IMG/VR virus record: IMGVR_UViG_2791355477_000007
From: a virus
Lineage: Duplodnaviria > Heunggongvirae > Uroviricota > Caudoviricetes
Strand: one strand, 5' to 3'
Length of the DNA stretch: 64,000 bases
The translations under genes and the position numbers were made by a program. This document shows positions 45,884 through 55,602 of this stretch, one piece after another. The notes below the pieces were generated by a model. That model was given only the letters and a program-made list of their open reading frames with translations. It did not search any database and had not been told where the DNA came from. Every line of letters begins with the position of its first letter. Position 1 is the stretch's first letter.

Positions 45884-46117
45884 GTGATTGGAATGGAATT
45901 ATTTAAACTAATTTGCATCATATATATATCCTTAGGAATTATTTTTACATTTGGAATGATATTTACAAAGGCTATTAGAGATAAGGAAAAACCTGATTTT
46001 AAAATCGGAGAAGACACTTACCTGGATGCAATAAAATGTTATGCACTCGCTATTTTCTTATGGTGGCTTTGTTTATTTGTATTCATCTGCATGTCTAAAC
46101 GTGGTGGATGGGTTTAA
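45884..46117 (+). CDS. small two-TM protein, tandem paralog 2 of 3
   Basis: shared motif. Confidence 0.7.
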   Translation: MIGMELFKLICIIYISLGIIFTFGMIFTKAIRDKEKPDFKIGEDTYLDAIKCYALAIFLWWLCLFVFICMSKRGGWV

Positions 46118-46138
46118 TAGGAAAGGAGATGGATATTT

Positions 46139-46378
46139 ATGTTGGTGTTTATCGGGAAATTATATTTACTGGCAGGGTTTTTATTTTTATTATCTATGAT
46201 TTTTGCACGAACTATGAAAGAAAAATCAGGTATCAATCTTATGCTTGGAGCTTCTAACTTCAAAGATGCTGTAAAGAGTTATGCAGTTGCTATATTCCTA
46301 TGGTGGCTTTGCATTCTTGCATTTTTCTTTGTATATAAAAATAAGGATTCTGAAAAAAAGGAGAATAAAAATGGTTGA
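46139..46378 (+). CDS. small two-TM protein, tandem paralog 3 of 3
   Basis: YA.AIFLWWLC shared. Confidence 0.7.
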   Translation: MLVFIGKLYLLAGFLFLLSMIFARTMKEKSGINLMLGASNFKDAVKSYAVAIFLWWLCILAFFFVYKNKDSEKKENKNG

Positions 46379-46672
46379 TTTGATTCATTTACTCAGTAAA
46401 TCAGAACATGCTTCCGTTTACAAAATGCATTCAGAGATTTCGAATTGGGATGGTGTACACGTTATTGTAAGGAAAGATAATGGATATATACAACTGTCCA
46501 TATAGAAGGCACAGTACTACCGAAAACGTCTAATATCAAGAGCAAGGAAAAATACAAAGGTGGCAATACCCTTTCCTTAATCGGTGCAGTTACCAACGCT
46601 CGATATGAATATCTTTACACGAAAAAAGAATATGCCGTCATATACTCTTCTTCCAGCCAAATAACGGCATGA
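46371..46672 (+). pseudogene. probable frameshifted gene
   Basis: RBS plus MVDLIHLL...; stop at 46503-46505, and a second frame continues open to 46672. Confidence 0.4.
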
Positions 46673-46785
46673 ATTTTTGTTAAAAAACCCTTTCTATATT
46701 CATAGAAAAGGTCTTTTTTATTAGAAAACGCATCTTTGAAACAATTATTAATATCAAAAATACCTTACTTGATTAAGTTTATTAA

Positions 46786-46799
46786 TTGACTATAGTAAA
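46786..46799. promoter_or_regulatory. palindromic operator/-35 motif
   Basis: TTGACTATAGTAAA, TATAAT at 46810. Confidence 0.75.
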
Positions 46800-46842
46800 T
46801 AATTATGTTTATAATTTTAATAGATTAGATATATCAGAGAGG

Positions 46843-47007
46843 ATGAATAACATGACAGAACCAAAAAAATATGGGATTCTCATGCAAGACAAATCAGGAA
46901 AAGTTGTACAATTAGAAAAAGGTTTAACGTTCAAGGAAGCCTATTCTAAAGTATGGGATTTAAGGGCAAAGCGTGATGGAAACTATTATCGGTTAGGGAA
47001 TCTATAA
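46843..47007 (+). CDS. small basic hypothetical protein
   Basis: GAGG RBS; start 46843 or 46852. Confidence 0.6.
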   Translation: MNNMTEPKKYGILMQDKSGKVVQLEKGLTFKEAYSKVWDLRAKRDGNYYRLGNL

Positions 47008-47009
47008 AA

Positions 47010-47225
47010 ATGAAAGACAAAATAGATTTACAAAAAATCAAGGGCTTCCCCTCTTCTATTAAACTTCTGTTTTTTATCTATTTCATTTTAGTTCTCTGCT
47101 CTTCTATGAGAATTTGTAGAGAAAATCTATATTTTGACATCTCCTATTTCTCAAGTGCCAGTATTTTAATATTTTTTTTATTTGTAGCAACCATAAAAGA
47201 CCAGATTAAAGAGCCCAAATGGTAG
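47010..47225 (+). CDS. small membrane protein
   Basis: two hydrophobic segments. Confidence 0.5.
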   Translation: MKDKIDLQKIKGFPSSIKLLFFIYFILVLCSSMRICRENLYFDISYFSSASILIFFLFVATIKDQIKEPKW

Positions 47226-47349
47226 TACCAAGGGTTCTTTTTTATTTAATTTGAAAGAACATTTCCTTTGATTTATAAATATGTGATAGAGAAATGCATG
47301 AGGAATATTCACTTATCTTTATCAATAACATATAAAAACTAAAATTGAG

Positions 47350-48402
47350 GTGATGATAATGGATAAAGAAATGCTTGAATTAATTAAAGAATTCAATATG
47401 AAATATAGCCAGTTAGAAGAGTCGTCTTTTTTCTCTGTTCATGAAATAGCAAAAGAAACGATATTAAAAGGGATTGATATATCATTAGATTCCTTTTCTG
47501 AGGAATCCTATAAGCAAATTTTACAACGGTACATACAAGCAAGTAATTATTTTCAACAAGAAGATGATAACAAAGCAAGATGCATCAGAGAAAACCTTCA
47601 TGCTATATACTCCTACTACAGAGGACTAAACCCTGTCATGAAAACAGTGAATGGAAAAAGATTATATGGAAATAAGTTTAAAATATTTACAATTCATCAA
47701 ACTGAACCTAAAATGAAAAAGGTCTTTGTTACAAAAATGACTGGAGAAAAATTAGAACATATTTTGATGTTTATTGAAGCAGTTGTTGGAAAGGAACTTG
47801 ATTTATCTCAACTCGCTTTTTACGCAGGTTTATTCTTTGATATATACGAGTTGCAAAACGATGAATTGCGTGTTTTTGGTGAAGAAAATTTAATTGATTT
47901 TGATTTTGATAATTTAGGGACTGGTTATGGCTCACATATAAAATCAATTCGAAATCGTCATGCAAATCACAAGCCACTTCTATTGCAATCAAATTTATTA
48001 TGGAAGGAAATGTACTTAGGAGATAGGCTACCTCGACTCATTCATTTTTATGAAGATAACTTTGATTTAATTACAGAAGCAGAATATCAAGACAATGGTC
48101 ATTCCGTTCATGAACAGTTATATCAATGTTTAGATGCATACTTACATAACAGTCAGTTATTACTGACTCTATCAATATTTGTAAAGCATATCCAAACAGA
48201 TAACGGTAGCTATATCGGCAGTGATTGTGCCGTAAGTATCATGACAGCACCATATACATTTGAATTACGTTTAGAAAGACCATCTGAAACACCATTCGAA
48301 CTGTTTTTCAATAGAGATAAAAATGAAGAATTTACAATTGAAGATATATTGAGACCCTATTACGCAGAAGATTTAGTTGCAAAACAAAAACAAGGAGCCT
48401 AA
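47350..48402 (+). CDS. hypothetical protein
   Basis: 350-aa ORF, GAGGTG RBS. Confidence 0.8.
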   Translation: MMIMDKEMLELIKEFNMKYSQLEESSFFSVHEIAKETILKGIDISLDSFSEESYKQILQRYIQASNYFQQEDDNKARCIRENLHAIYSYYRGLNPVMKTVNGKRLYGNKFKIFTIHQTEPKMKKVFVTKMTGEKLEHILMFIEAVVGKELDLSQLAFYAGLFFDIYELQNDELRVFGEENLIDFDFDNLGTGYGSHIKSIRNRHANHKPLLLQSNLLWKEMYLGDRLPRLIHFYEDNFDLITEAEYQDNGHSVHEQLYQCLDAYLHNSQLLLTLSIFVKHIQTDNGSYIGSDCAVSIMTAPYTFELRLERPSETPFELFFNRDKNEEFTIEDILRPYYAEDLVAKQKQGA

Positions 48403-48537
48403 TTAGCCCCTTGTTTTTGTACAACTATTATTTGTACGATTGTGGTTGTTGTAAGCTTGCAACAAATTTATAAATTTTATTATAAATATATAAAAATTAA
48501 TCATTGTTATAAATTGTTTTTATGATTATAATGGATA

Positions 48538-48682
48538 AATAGTCTAATTCTACGCATAAGTATATCAAGCGCACCGATATCACTTTAAATTGCCAGAGTA
48601 TTAGGTTAATAATCACATTACAAGAAGTATAACATATTCTCCTTGAAAATCACTTTCCTATAATTGAGGAAGTGATTTTTTT
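48538..48682 (+). ncRNA. candidate sRNA
   Basis: TATAAT 48527-48532, no ORF, hairpin TAGTCTAAT/ATTAGGTTA, terminator 48647-48682. Confidence 0.35.
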
Positions 48683-48737
48683 GTTTAAGGATACTGGTTA
48701 CTGTACTAAGTTTATTTACAAACAACTTCTATTCAAC

Positions 48738-49274
48738 TCAATTTTCTGCTTTTTCATTTTTAACTTCATAACCGAAGTACATCGCTTTTATAAAATTATC
48801 TGTCCCTAATTCAGTAAGAACTTTAAGTCCATCACCTTGCTCCTCCCATTCAAAACGCATATCAAAATATTCATTTACTGCACAAACTATATCAGTTCTG
48901 CACATATTTAATAGTTCAGATAATGCATCAGCAATTTCTTTCGTAACTTTTATTTTGTCATTCTTCATGAGTAGGTCAGCGTTACTTTCGTTTTCTATCT
49001 TATTAATAACTTTTACAGTATTAATATCAACTGGATACCATTTTTCAAACCCTAAATCATTCGTTTCAAACTTGTCCTTTCCTATCTTTCTTAGGTATTC
49101 TCTATCACTCTTTGAAACAGGATATGAAGTATTTCCTTGTGTATACATACCATTATTTTCAGTAGGAATAATAATAGCTTGATGCTCTTTCTCGCAATCG
49201 GTTGTGTATACTAAATTACCTCGCACCCATTTCCCTTCTTTTGTAAGTCCTTTATATAATAGTGGTTTAATCAT
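48738..49274 (-). CDS. YopX-like N-terminal domain protein
   Basis: L.KG....GKWV.GNLV ... VD..TV. Confidence 0.6.
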   Translation of the reverse strand: MIKPLLYKGLTKEGKWVRGNLVYTTDCEKEHQAIIIPTENNGMYTQGNTSYPVSKSDREYLRKIGKDKFETNDLGFEKWYPVDINTVKVINKIENESNADLLMKNDKIKVTKEIADALSELLNMCRTDIVCAVNEYFDMRFEWEEQGDGLKVLTELGTDNFIKAMYFGYEVKNEKAEN

Positions 49275-49789
49275 ATTATTTCTCTTCCTTCTGGATAAAA
49301 ATTATAATCCTTATATCTTTTCAACTCCCTTTTAACTTCCTCGCTCTTCTCTTCTCCACTTTTCTTTTTACCAAAATGAAAGATTCGCTCCTCCGACTTA
49401 TTCTCAATTTCAGACTTTATCATGTGACACCATAATTCTTTAGAACAATAAATTCGTTTAAATTCATGGTCTACAAAGGGTTTATTTGTTTTTTCATCCC
49501 AGAAACAATTAATTTTCCCGATTTCAAAATACTCATATCGCTTAAAGCGGTTATAAATGGTTGGAACAACTGGCCCATTTACCCATGCGTGAATATCATC
49601 TGTAAACATCGGCTCTCCATGAATCCCTAAATTCCATCCTTGTGCATAGTACAGCAATTTTTGCAATTTTAGATGTGTGATAGACTCGTTCGTATTTGGT
49701 TTACTTTTATTAATTAATTCTTGTGCAATATGCATGGCTGTTATCTCAGTCTTGTTTTCACCTTTTAGATATATAAGTTCTTTCAGCAT
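49271..49789 (-). CDS. Panacea/DUF4065 (SocA/GepA-like) antitoxin-domain protein
   Basis: ITHLKLQKLLYYAQG, AWVNGPVVP. Confidence 0.8.
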   Translation of the reverse strand: MLKELIYLKGENKTEITAMHIAQELINKSKPNTNESITHLKLQKLLYYAQGWNLGIHGEPMFTDDIHAWVNGPVVPTIYNRFKRYEYFEIGKINCFWDEKTNKPFVDHEFKRIYCSKELWCHMIKSEIENKSEERIFHFGKKKSGEEKSEEVKRELKRYKDYNFYPEGREII

Positions 49790-49831
49790 CCTCGCCTCGT
49801 AAAATATTATTTACTTAAGTATAACATATCA

Positions 49832-49845
49832 TTGACTATAGTTAA
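49832..49845. promoter_or_regulatory. palindromic operator/-35 motif between divergent genes
   Basis: TTGACTATAGTTAA, TATAAT at 49855. Confidence 0.75.
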
Positions 49846-49896
49846 ATATAATATTATAATGTTACTTACAATAAATAGATTGTGAGGATATGAAAA

Positions 49897-50148
49897 ATGA
49901 GATTAATTTCACTATTCAAAGATAATGAAAAAGCTTATATTAACCTCCCATTTAAGAGAGAGTTTTTCTTAAAAAGCCCTTTAGTTGAATGGATTTTAAT
50001 TTTTTTATTTATTTTTACTGTTTTAATTGCAGTTTGCGGTTCGCATTTTCATATTAATAGTCCATACTACCAATGCTTTTCATTCTCTTTAAATATCATC
50101 TGTTTTTTCTTTCTCAATATTTATATTGGTGTTAAATGGAATAAGTAG
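49897..50148 (+). CDS. small membrane protein
   Basis: two hydrophobic segments. Confidence 0.6.
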   Translation: MRLISLFKDNEKAYINLPFKREFFLKSPLVEWILIFLFIFTVLIAVCGSHFHINSPYYQCFSFSLNIICFFFLNIYIGVKWNK

Positions 50149-50174
50149 AGTAATTAAAAACAGGAGGGTATAGA

Positions 50175-50570
50175 ATGACTCAAAAAATAACCGTAACTTT
50201 AGAGAATAAAAGCAAACATATATATGATTATCACTACCTTGTAACAGTGATTCATTACTTAGAAAGTGAGAATATTGAACTCGTATTTCAAAGCGAAAAT
50301 GATTCTGAAGTAGACGGTCATTCTGAACGTGAAGTTTGCATTCAATCAGATTTATTACAACGCATGTTATTTCTTGCAAAAACTACAAATAACAAAGTAA
50401 GTGTTACTGTAAAATCTGATTCATTTAACACACCCTATCCTACAGAACCATTACATATTTCTTATAATAAAGAAGAAGATTTTTTCGAATTAGGCATGGG
50501 GAATTCATCTGAAGAACTTGTTTTTGAAGCAGATATTTTATTAGGAGTAGTGAATTCTTTGCTTTTCTAA
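50175..50570 (+). CDS. hypothetical protein
   Basis: AGGAGG RBS. Confidence 0.75.
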   Translation: MTQKITVTLENKSKHIYDYHYLVTVIHYLESENIELVFQSENDSEVDGHSEREVCIQSDLLQRMLFLAKTTNNKVSVTVKSDSFNTPYPTEPLHISYNKEEDFFELGMGNSSEELVFEADILLGVVNSLLF

Positions 50571-50581
50571 ATAGATATTGT

Positions 50582-51286
50582 ATGGATACGAGAAAGGAAG
50601 GAAGTATGATTAAAAGAGTATTTTATAAAGGTAATGAACGTTTTTTTACAAGTGAAGGAAAAGAAATCTTATTATTCGATATGGATGATACGATTGCTAA
50701 TTTCGTAGATGAATGGTTGTCTGTATATAACAATCATTATCAAGATAATTTAAAAAAAGAACAATTGTTAAGTTGGGATGTTCAGCATTACACGAAAGAT
50801 TATTGCGGGGCACAAATATATGACTTATTAAAACATCCAGGATTATACTTACACTATCCTAAGCCATTCCCTGGAGCCGTTGACGTATTGCAAGAGCTAT
50901 CTGATACCTATGAAATCGTATTAGTCTCAGCAAGCCCAAGAGGACACGCTAATGGTGAGGCACACTGCCACAAGTATTGCAAAACTTCTAACCCTGCTGA
51001 CGATAAAAGAAAATGGGTGGAGAAAAACTTGCCCTTTGTTCAGCAAAAGAACATTGTTTTTACTTCTTCAAAATATTTAGTAACAGGTTCATTACTATTT
51101 GATGATGCTCCTCATAATTTAGAAGAGTTTCATTCATTAGGGCGTGTTACTGTATGTATGAATCAACCATGGAACCAAGAGGTATCAGCGGATATTACGA
51201 GAGTGAACAATTGGCAGGAGTTTAAAGAAAAACTACCTGTATTGCTCCCTCCTATCCCTGAACTGATTAAAAGAATAACTCAATAA
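50582..51286 (+). CDS. 5'(3')-deoxyribonucleotidase (NT5C, HAD family)
   Basis: FDMDDTIA, P.PGA, K..W, LFDDAPHNL, PWN. Confidence 0.85.
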   Translation: MDTRKEGSMIKRVFYKGNERFFTSEGKEILLFDMDDTIANFVDEWLSVYNNHYQDNLKKEQLLSWDVQHYTKDYCGAQIYDLLKHPGLYLHYPKPFPGAVDVLQELSDTYEIVLVSASPRGHANGEAHCHKYCKTSNPADDKRKWVEKNLPFVQQKNIVFTSSKYLVTGSLLFDDAPHNLEEFHSLGRVTVCMNQPWNQEVSADITRVNNWQEFKEKLPVLLPPIPELIKRITQ

Positions 51287-51360
51287 CTAAAAAGAAGGCA
51301 TTCCAGTTCATCCAAATGCCTTTTTGTAAATTTATTAAAAACAATAAGGAAGTGAATAGA

Positions 51361-51720
51361 ATGGGTACATTAGATGCACCTCTTATGATACTTAATAAAC
51401 ATTTGGAGTGTATAAAAGAAGATATCGAGAATTACAAGAAACAAGCACGGGAAAATCCTACAAGTACGGAAATTATTCAAAATTTATTAATTCCTAAAAA
51501 CGAATTAAATAGCAAAAAAGTTGAATTCGCCATCCGTATTTTAGAAACTTTTGAACCTAAAGAAGATAATTCTGATAAATATCCGTTTTTTAAAGGGGAT
51601 TCAGTTCTTAACAAAAGAAGTGGCAAAACACATGTCATTGAAAGTTATGTAGGCAACGGGCAATTCAAAAGCAAGAATGGTTCTACTTTACATATGAAAA
51701 ACTTAGAGAAAATCTCATAA
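51361..51720 (+). CDS. hypothetical protein
   Basis: RBS before ATG 51361. Confidence 0.65.
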   Translation: MGTLDAPLMILNKHLECIKEDIENYKKQARENPTSTEIIQNLLIPKNELNSKKVEFAIRILETFEPKEDNSDKYPFFKGDSVLNKRSGKTHVIESYVGNGQFKSKNGSTLHMKNLEKIS

Positions 51721-51834
51721 ATCTAATACATCTATACAATAAATTAGTTGACGAAAAAGTTTCTTCTCGATATGCTGAAAAAAGAAAGTGTATACATTGT
51801 TCAGCTTGTATACATTGAAAGGATGTTTTAGCAT

Positions 51835-52131
51835 ATGAACAAGAGAATTAAGAAAAAACAAATAAAACAAAATGTATGTATGGTTTGTGGTTCTACATTA
51901 GTAGAGAAATCTTCTAATTATAGTAGTGTGTTAATCTCAGTTAAAGAAGAATGTCCAAATTGCCATAATTACATAGTTGAAACAACGTTAACAGGAATTA
52001 ACAAAACAATTTCAGGTTCTCAATTTAACTATAATTTTGATATGAATAACTCCGAAAAACAGGTTCTTGAAAGAAAAGAAAGAAAATTACTACGTTTCTT
52101 AAAGAAAAACGGAAAAATCAAGGTTAACTAA
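51835..52131 (+). CDS. zinc-ribbon protein
   Basis: CMVC ... CPNC. Confidence 0.65.
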   Translation: MNKRIKKKQIKQNVCMVCGSTLVEKSSNYSSVLISVKEECPNCHNYIVETTLTGINKTISGSQFNYNFDMNNSEKQVLERKERKLLRFLKKNGKIKVN

Positions 52132-52346
52132 CATTTGTTTTTCTCTTTGCAGTAAGATATAATATTGATTAATTGGTAAACATCCGATATGGAGATAGGA
52201 GTATAAACTTATATACTTCTTACAAAAACACCGTACTGTAATACGGTGTTTTTTATTTTATATAATCTCAAAAAACAATAATAATTGTCTATTTAAGTAA
52301 TATATTTTTTACTTATTTTATATATTTTATTTACAATAGTTTAATT

Positions 52347-52643
52347 GTGTTTTACAATAGCTATATACGAGTAACACTGATAAAGGACGTGACTTCTATA
52401 AATGATAGAATTCAATTAATAAAGTTATACTTTTGCAGTAAAAATGCATATCTTACTTTATTACAGACAACATTGGCTGTACTATTCAGCTCCCTTTTTC
52501 TTTTGTTAATGAATGATAAAGAACTTGAATCTTTTTTGTTTCATAAAAGATTTTTATATTATGCACTGGCAATGAATGTTTTTGTCTGTTTTATTACTAT
52601 GCCCTTATTAATATTCTTTGTACCAAATAAAAAATCCCACTAA
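52347..52643 (+). CDS. possible small membrane protein
   Basis: hydrophobic ORF, uncertain start. Confidence 0.4.
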   Translation: MFYNSYIRVTLIKDVTSINDRIQLIKLYFCSKNAYLTLLQTTLAVLFSSLFLLLMNDKELESFLFHKRFLYYALAMNVFVCFITMPLLIFFVPNKKSH

Positions 52644-52664
52644 AGAAAGGATTGTCTTTTACAC

Positions 52665-53243
52665 ATGGCTCGTTTATCAAAAACAAAAGCAAATAAACTC
52701 GGTGGATTCCTTTGTAAAATCCTTCGTCATTCCCCTTCTCAATTCCATGTTTCTTTAGATGAATATGGTTATGCACCAATTGATGAACTATTAAATGCCA
52801 TTTCTTCGAATGAAAAATGGGTTAATCTTGTGACTGTTGAGATGATTTTAGAGGTTGTTAAAACAGACGAAAAACAACGTTACAAACTCGACTCTACAGG
52901 AACAAAAATAAAAGCTCGATACGGTCATAGTATTGCGGTGAAAAGTGATGAAGAGCAAAATCGAGTGTTACCAGATATTCTTTATCATGGTACTGGTATG
53001 GAACATTTGGACTCTATTCAAAAATTGGGGTTACTGCCAATGAAACGAGTAAATGTTCATTTATCAGAAACAACCTTTTTTGCAAATAAATCTGCGAAAC
53101 GTAATCAGTTTCCCGTTTTATTAAAAGTAGATACCATTATGGCCAAGAATCTTGGCGTAACTGTTGAATATGCAGGTGACGAGGTGTGGTTGAGCTCCCC
53201 TATTCCATCTGATTGCTTAACAGATGTAAATAAAGAGATGTAA
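52665..53243 (+). CDS. kptA: RNA 2'-phosphotransferase (Tpt1/KptA)
   Basis: LRH, KQRY, ARYGHS, LYHGT, VHLS motifs. Confidence 0.9.
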   Translation: MARLSKTKANKLGGFLCKILRHSPSQFHVSLDEYGYAPIDELLNAISSNEKWVNLVTVEMILEVVKTDEKQRYKLDSTGTKIKARYGHSIAVKSDEEQNRVLPDILYHGTGMEHLDSIQKLGLLPMKRVNVHLSETTFFANKSAKRNQFPVLLKVDTIMAKNLGVTVEYAGDEVWLSSPIPSDCLTDVNKEM

Positions 53244-53406
53244 ATAAAGGAAGTAGTTATTAATGAGAACCATTACATGTAAATGCGGAGAGAAGAAAAC
53301 CATTGACAGCGGTATCGCATCTGTTGGAGATATCTTCTTACCGAAGTGAGCTTCATTCCTCCCACTTCTTTAGTGGTGGGAGGAATGAAGTTCTTTTTCC
53401 TTTATA

Positions 53407-53418
53407 GAACATACGTTT
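53407..53418. promoter_or_regulatory. putative LexA (DinR) box in the tnpB promoter
   Basis: GAAC-ATAC-GTTT next to TATAAT 53425-53430. Confidence 0.45.
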
Positions 53419-53463
53419 ACATTATATAATATGCATAAACAAAAAAGAAAGGAGTGAAGGGCA

Positions 53464-54960
53464 ATGACAAAACCAAAGAAAGATTGTTTTATTGTAGAAC
53501 TAAAATTAATGTTGGATACATGGCAAACGGATATTCTATGTAAACGTTTTGAAATTGCCCGTAAACTCTATAACACCACATTATCTTACGCAACGAAACA
53601 ATATAGGCTCATGAAAGAATCAAAAGCTTATAGAAAACAAATACGTTGCTATCAAAAGGCAAAAAAAGCAAATCACCCAAAAGAATGGAAAGAAATATCA
53701 AAAGAATTAGATAGTATTCGTCAATCTTTTGGATTAAGTGAATATCAACTTCACGCTTATATAAAAAAACACCAACATAATTATAAAAAACACATAGATA
53801 GCTATACCTCTCAAAAAATTGCTTCTACCGTTTGGAAAGCGATGGAAGATGTGATATTTAAAGGGGCAAAAGCACACTTTAAATCATACGGAATGCTTCA
53901 TTCGGTAGAAGGGAAATCGAATAAAACGGGTATTCGATTTAAAGAAAACAGGGTCTATTGGAATGGATTACTCCTTCCTGTTCATTTTCGCAAGAATGAT
54001 TTATTTATAAAAGAATCTCTCGCCCTTCATACGATAAAATATTGTCGTTTTGTCAAAAAAGTAATTCGTGGAAAAGTTACGTTTTATGTACAGCTTGTTA
54101 TGGGTGGCATTCCCCCTGCAAAGAGAATCAATAAAACAGGAGCATTTCGACATTCCTACCAAAAGAAAAAGCGAGTAGGTATAGATATTGGTCCTTCTAC
54201 CATTGCCATTGTTTCGGAAGAAACCGTTTCTATCCAAAAAATTGCTCCTGATGTTCCTTTATTTGAGAATCAAAAAAGACGTTTATTACGCAAGTTAGAT
54301 AGAAGCCGTAGACGTACAAATCCAAATAACTTTAACACAAATGGCACAATAAAACGTGGCATCAAGCTTCATTGGATATGTAGTAAAAACTATCAAAAAA
54401 CAAAAAAATTATTAAATGAGTTGTACAGAAAAAAAGCTTCTTATATCAAAGAAAAACATGGTGCATTAGCAAATCACATTTTATCTTTAGGTGATGAAGT
54501 GTATATTGAAACCATGCATTTTAAAGGATTAGCAAAACGTACAAAAGAGACAAAAACAAATCAACAAGGCAGATTCCAATCCAAAAAGCGTTTTGGGAAA
54601 AGTATTGGGAATCATGCCCCTGCCATGTTAGTGAACATCATCAATCAAAAATTGAAGTATGGTAAACAAGAGATACAAAAAGTAAATACGATAACTTTTA
54701 GAGCCAGTCAATATAATCATGTAACAAATAGCTATGAAAAGAAAAAACTCCATCAACGATGGAGTCAAATCGGAAATCATCTCGTACAACGAGATTTATA
54801 TAGTGCTTTTTTATTAATGAATAGTGATGCAAATTTAAAACAAACCAATCAAGAACGCTGTATCGAAACATTCGATACCTTTGTACATCTACATAATCAA
54901 CACATAGAAGCATTACAACAAACAAAGAAAAAATACCCACTCAGCATGGGTATCCTATAA
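53464..54960 (+). CDS. tnpB: RNA-guided endonuclease TnpB
   Basis: RuvC motifs GIDIG, VYIETM, QRDLYSA. Confidence 0.88.
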   Translation: MTKPKKDCFIVELKLMLDTWQTDILCKRFEIARKLYNTTLSYATKQYRLMKESKAYRKQIRCYQKAKKANHPKEWKEISKELDSIRQSFGLSEYQLHAYIKKHQHNYKKHIDSYTSQKIASTVWKAMEDVIFKGAKAHFKSYGMLHSVEGKSNKTGIRFKENRVYWNGLLLPVHFRKNDLFIKESLALHTIKYCRFVKKVIRGKVTFYVQLVMGGIPPAKRINKTGAFRHSYQKKKRVGIDIGPSTIAIVSEETVSIQKIAPDVPLFENQKRRLLRKLDRSRRRTNPNNFNTNGTIKRGIKLHWICSKNYQKTKKLLNELYRKKASYIKEKHGALANHILSLGDEVYIETMHFKGLAKRTKETKTNQQGRFQSKKRFGKSIGNHAPAMLVNIINQKLKYGKQEIQKVNTITFRASQYNHVTNSYEKKKLHQRWSQIGNHLVQRDLYSAFLLMNSDANLKQTNQERCIETFDTFVHLHNQHIEALQQTKKKYPLSMGIL

Positions 54961-55190
54961 AATAAGGAACCATTCCTTCGTAGGTAGAGCTACCTGCCTT
55001 CGTTAAAACTTATTGCCAACACAACATCGGTTGTGTAAATAAGAAAGTCTTATGGAACAGAAGATAAATCAAAGATGTTGTACACAGAATATCGTAACAC
55101 CATCTGTGGAGAGCTTTGTAACGATTCTCTTAAGTACATAAGAACCCCACTGCTTTAGCCGAGGGAGTAGTCAGATACAGGATTTCAAAC
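54961..55190 (+). ncRNA. predicted omega RNA (scaffold in right end, guide in flank)
   Basis: inferred from known TnpB architecture; limits approximate. Confidence 0.45.
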
Positions 55191-55328
55191 TATATTTACT
55201 TTTGATGCAGAGTGCATTCATTTATGCCCTACATGTTGGACTAAAGCAAAAGAACATGCTGTAGCCATACATCAACTTCTTGAAAAGCCTTATATATCTA
55301 TAGACCAATTCTTAGAAGATGAGATTAA

Positions 55329-55583
55329 ATGATGCATAAAGTAACTTGTACATGTGGACAGCATAGTATAGAGGCAAATAAAAACTCTCTAAATAAAGAA
55401 CTAATAGATGCAGGATGGGGTGTAATCCCTTCTAATCGAGGTACATTTATTTATATTTGCCCTTCTTGCTATCAAAGAGCAAGACAGTTAATCAAAGAGT
55501 TTCATCAAATAACACAAGATACATACATTAGTATCTCCTCTATCATTCGCAAAATAGAGGAAGAAAATGAAACCAAGCAGTAA
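55329..55583 (+). CDS. small zinc-finger protein
   Basis: CTCG ... CPSC. Confidence 0.7.
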   Translation: MMHKVTCTCGQHSIEANKNSLNKELIDAGWGVIPSNRGTFIYICPSCYQRARQLIKEFHQITQDTYISISSIIRKIEEENETKQ

Positions 55584-55602
55584 TTAGAAAGGATGAATAG
55601 AA

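Larger units (their letters stand above)
53341..55173 (+). mobile_element. IS200/IS605 family element, TnpB only (IS1341-like)
   Basis: left hairpin 53348-53393, right end CCCCACTGCTTTAGCCGAGGGAGTAGTCA, no target duplication, no tnpA. Confidence 0.85.
53263..55332 (+). pseudogene. zinc-finger gene split by IS (53263-53340 joined to 55174-55332); paralog of 55329-55583
   Basis: MRTITCKCG...DIFL + DTGF...LCPTCW...EIK* joins in frame and aligns with the downstream gene. Confidence 0.8.

Noticed and set aside
52330-52343. Additional palindrome copy TTTACAATAGTTTA (also near 33933)
   Set aside because: Too many mismatches for AT-rich DNA; not counted.
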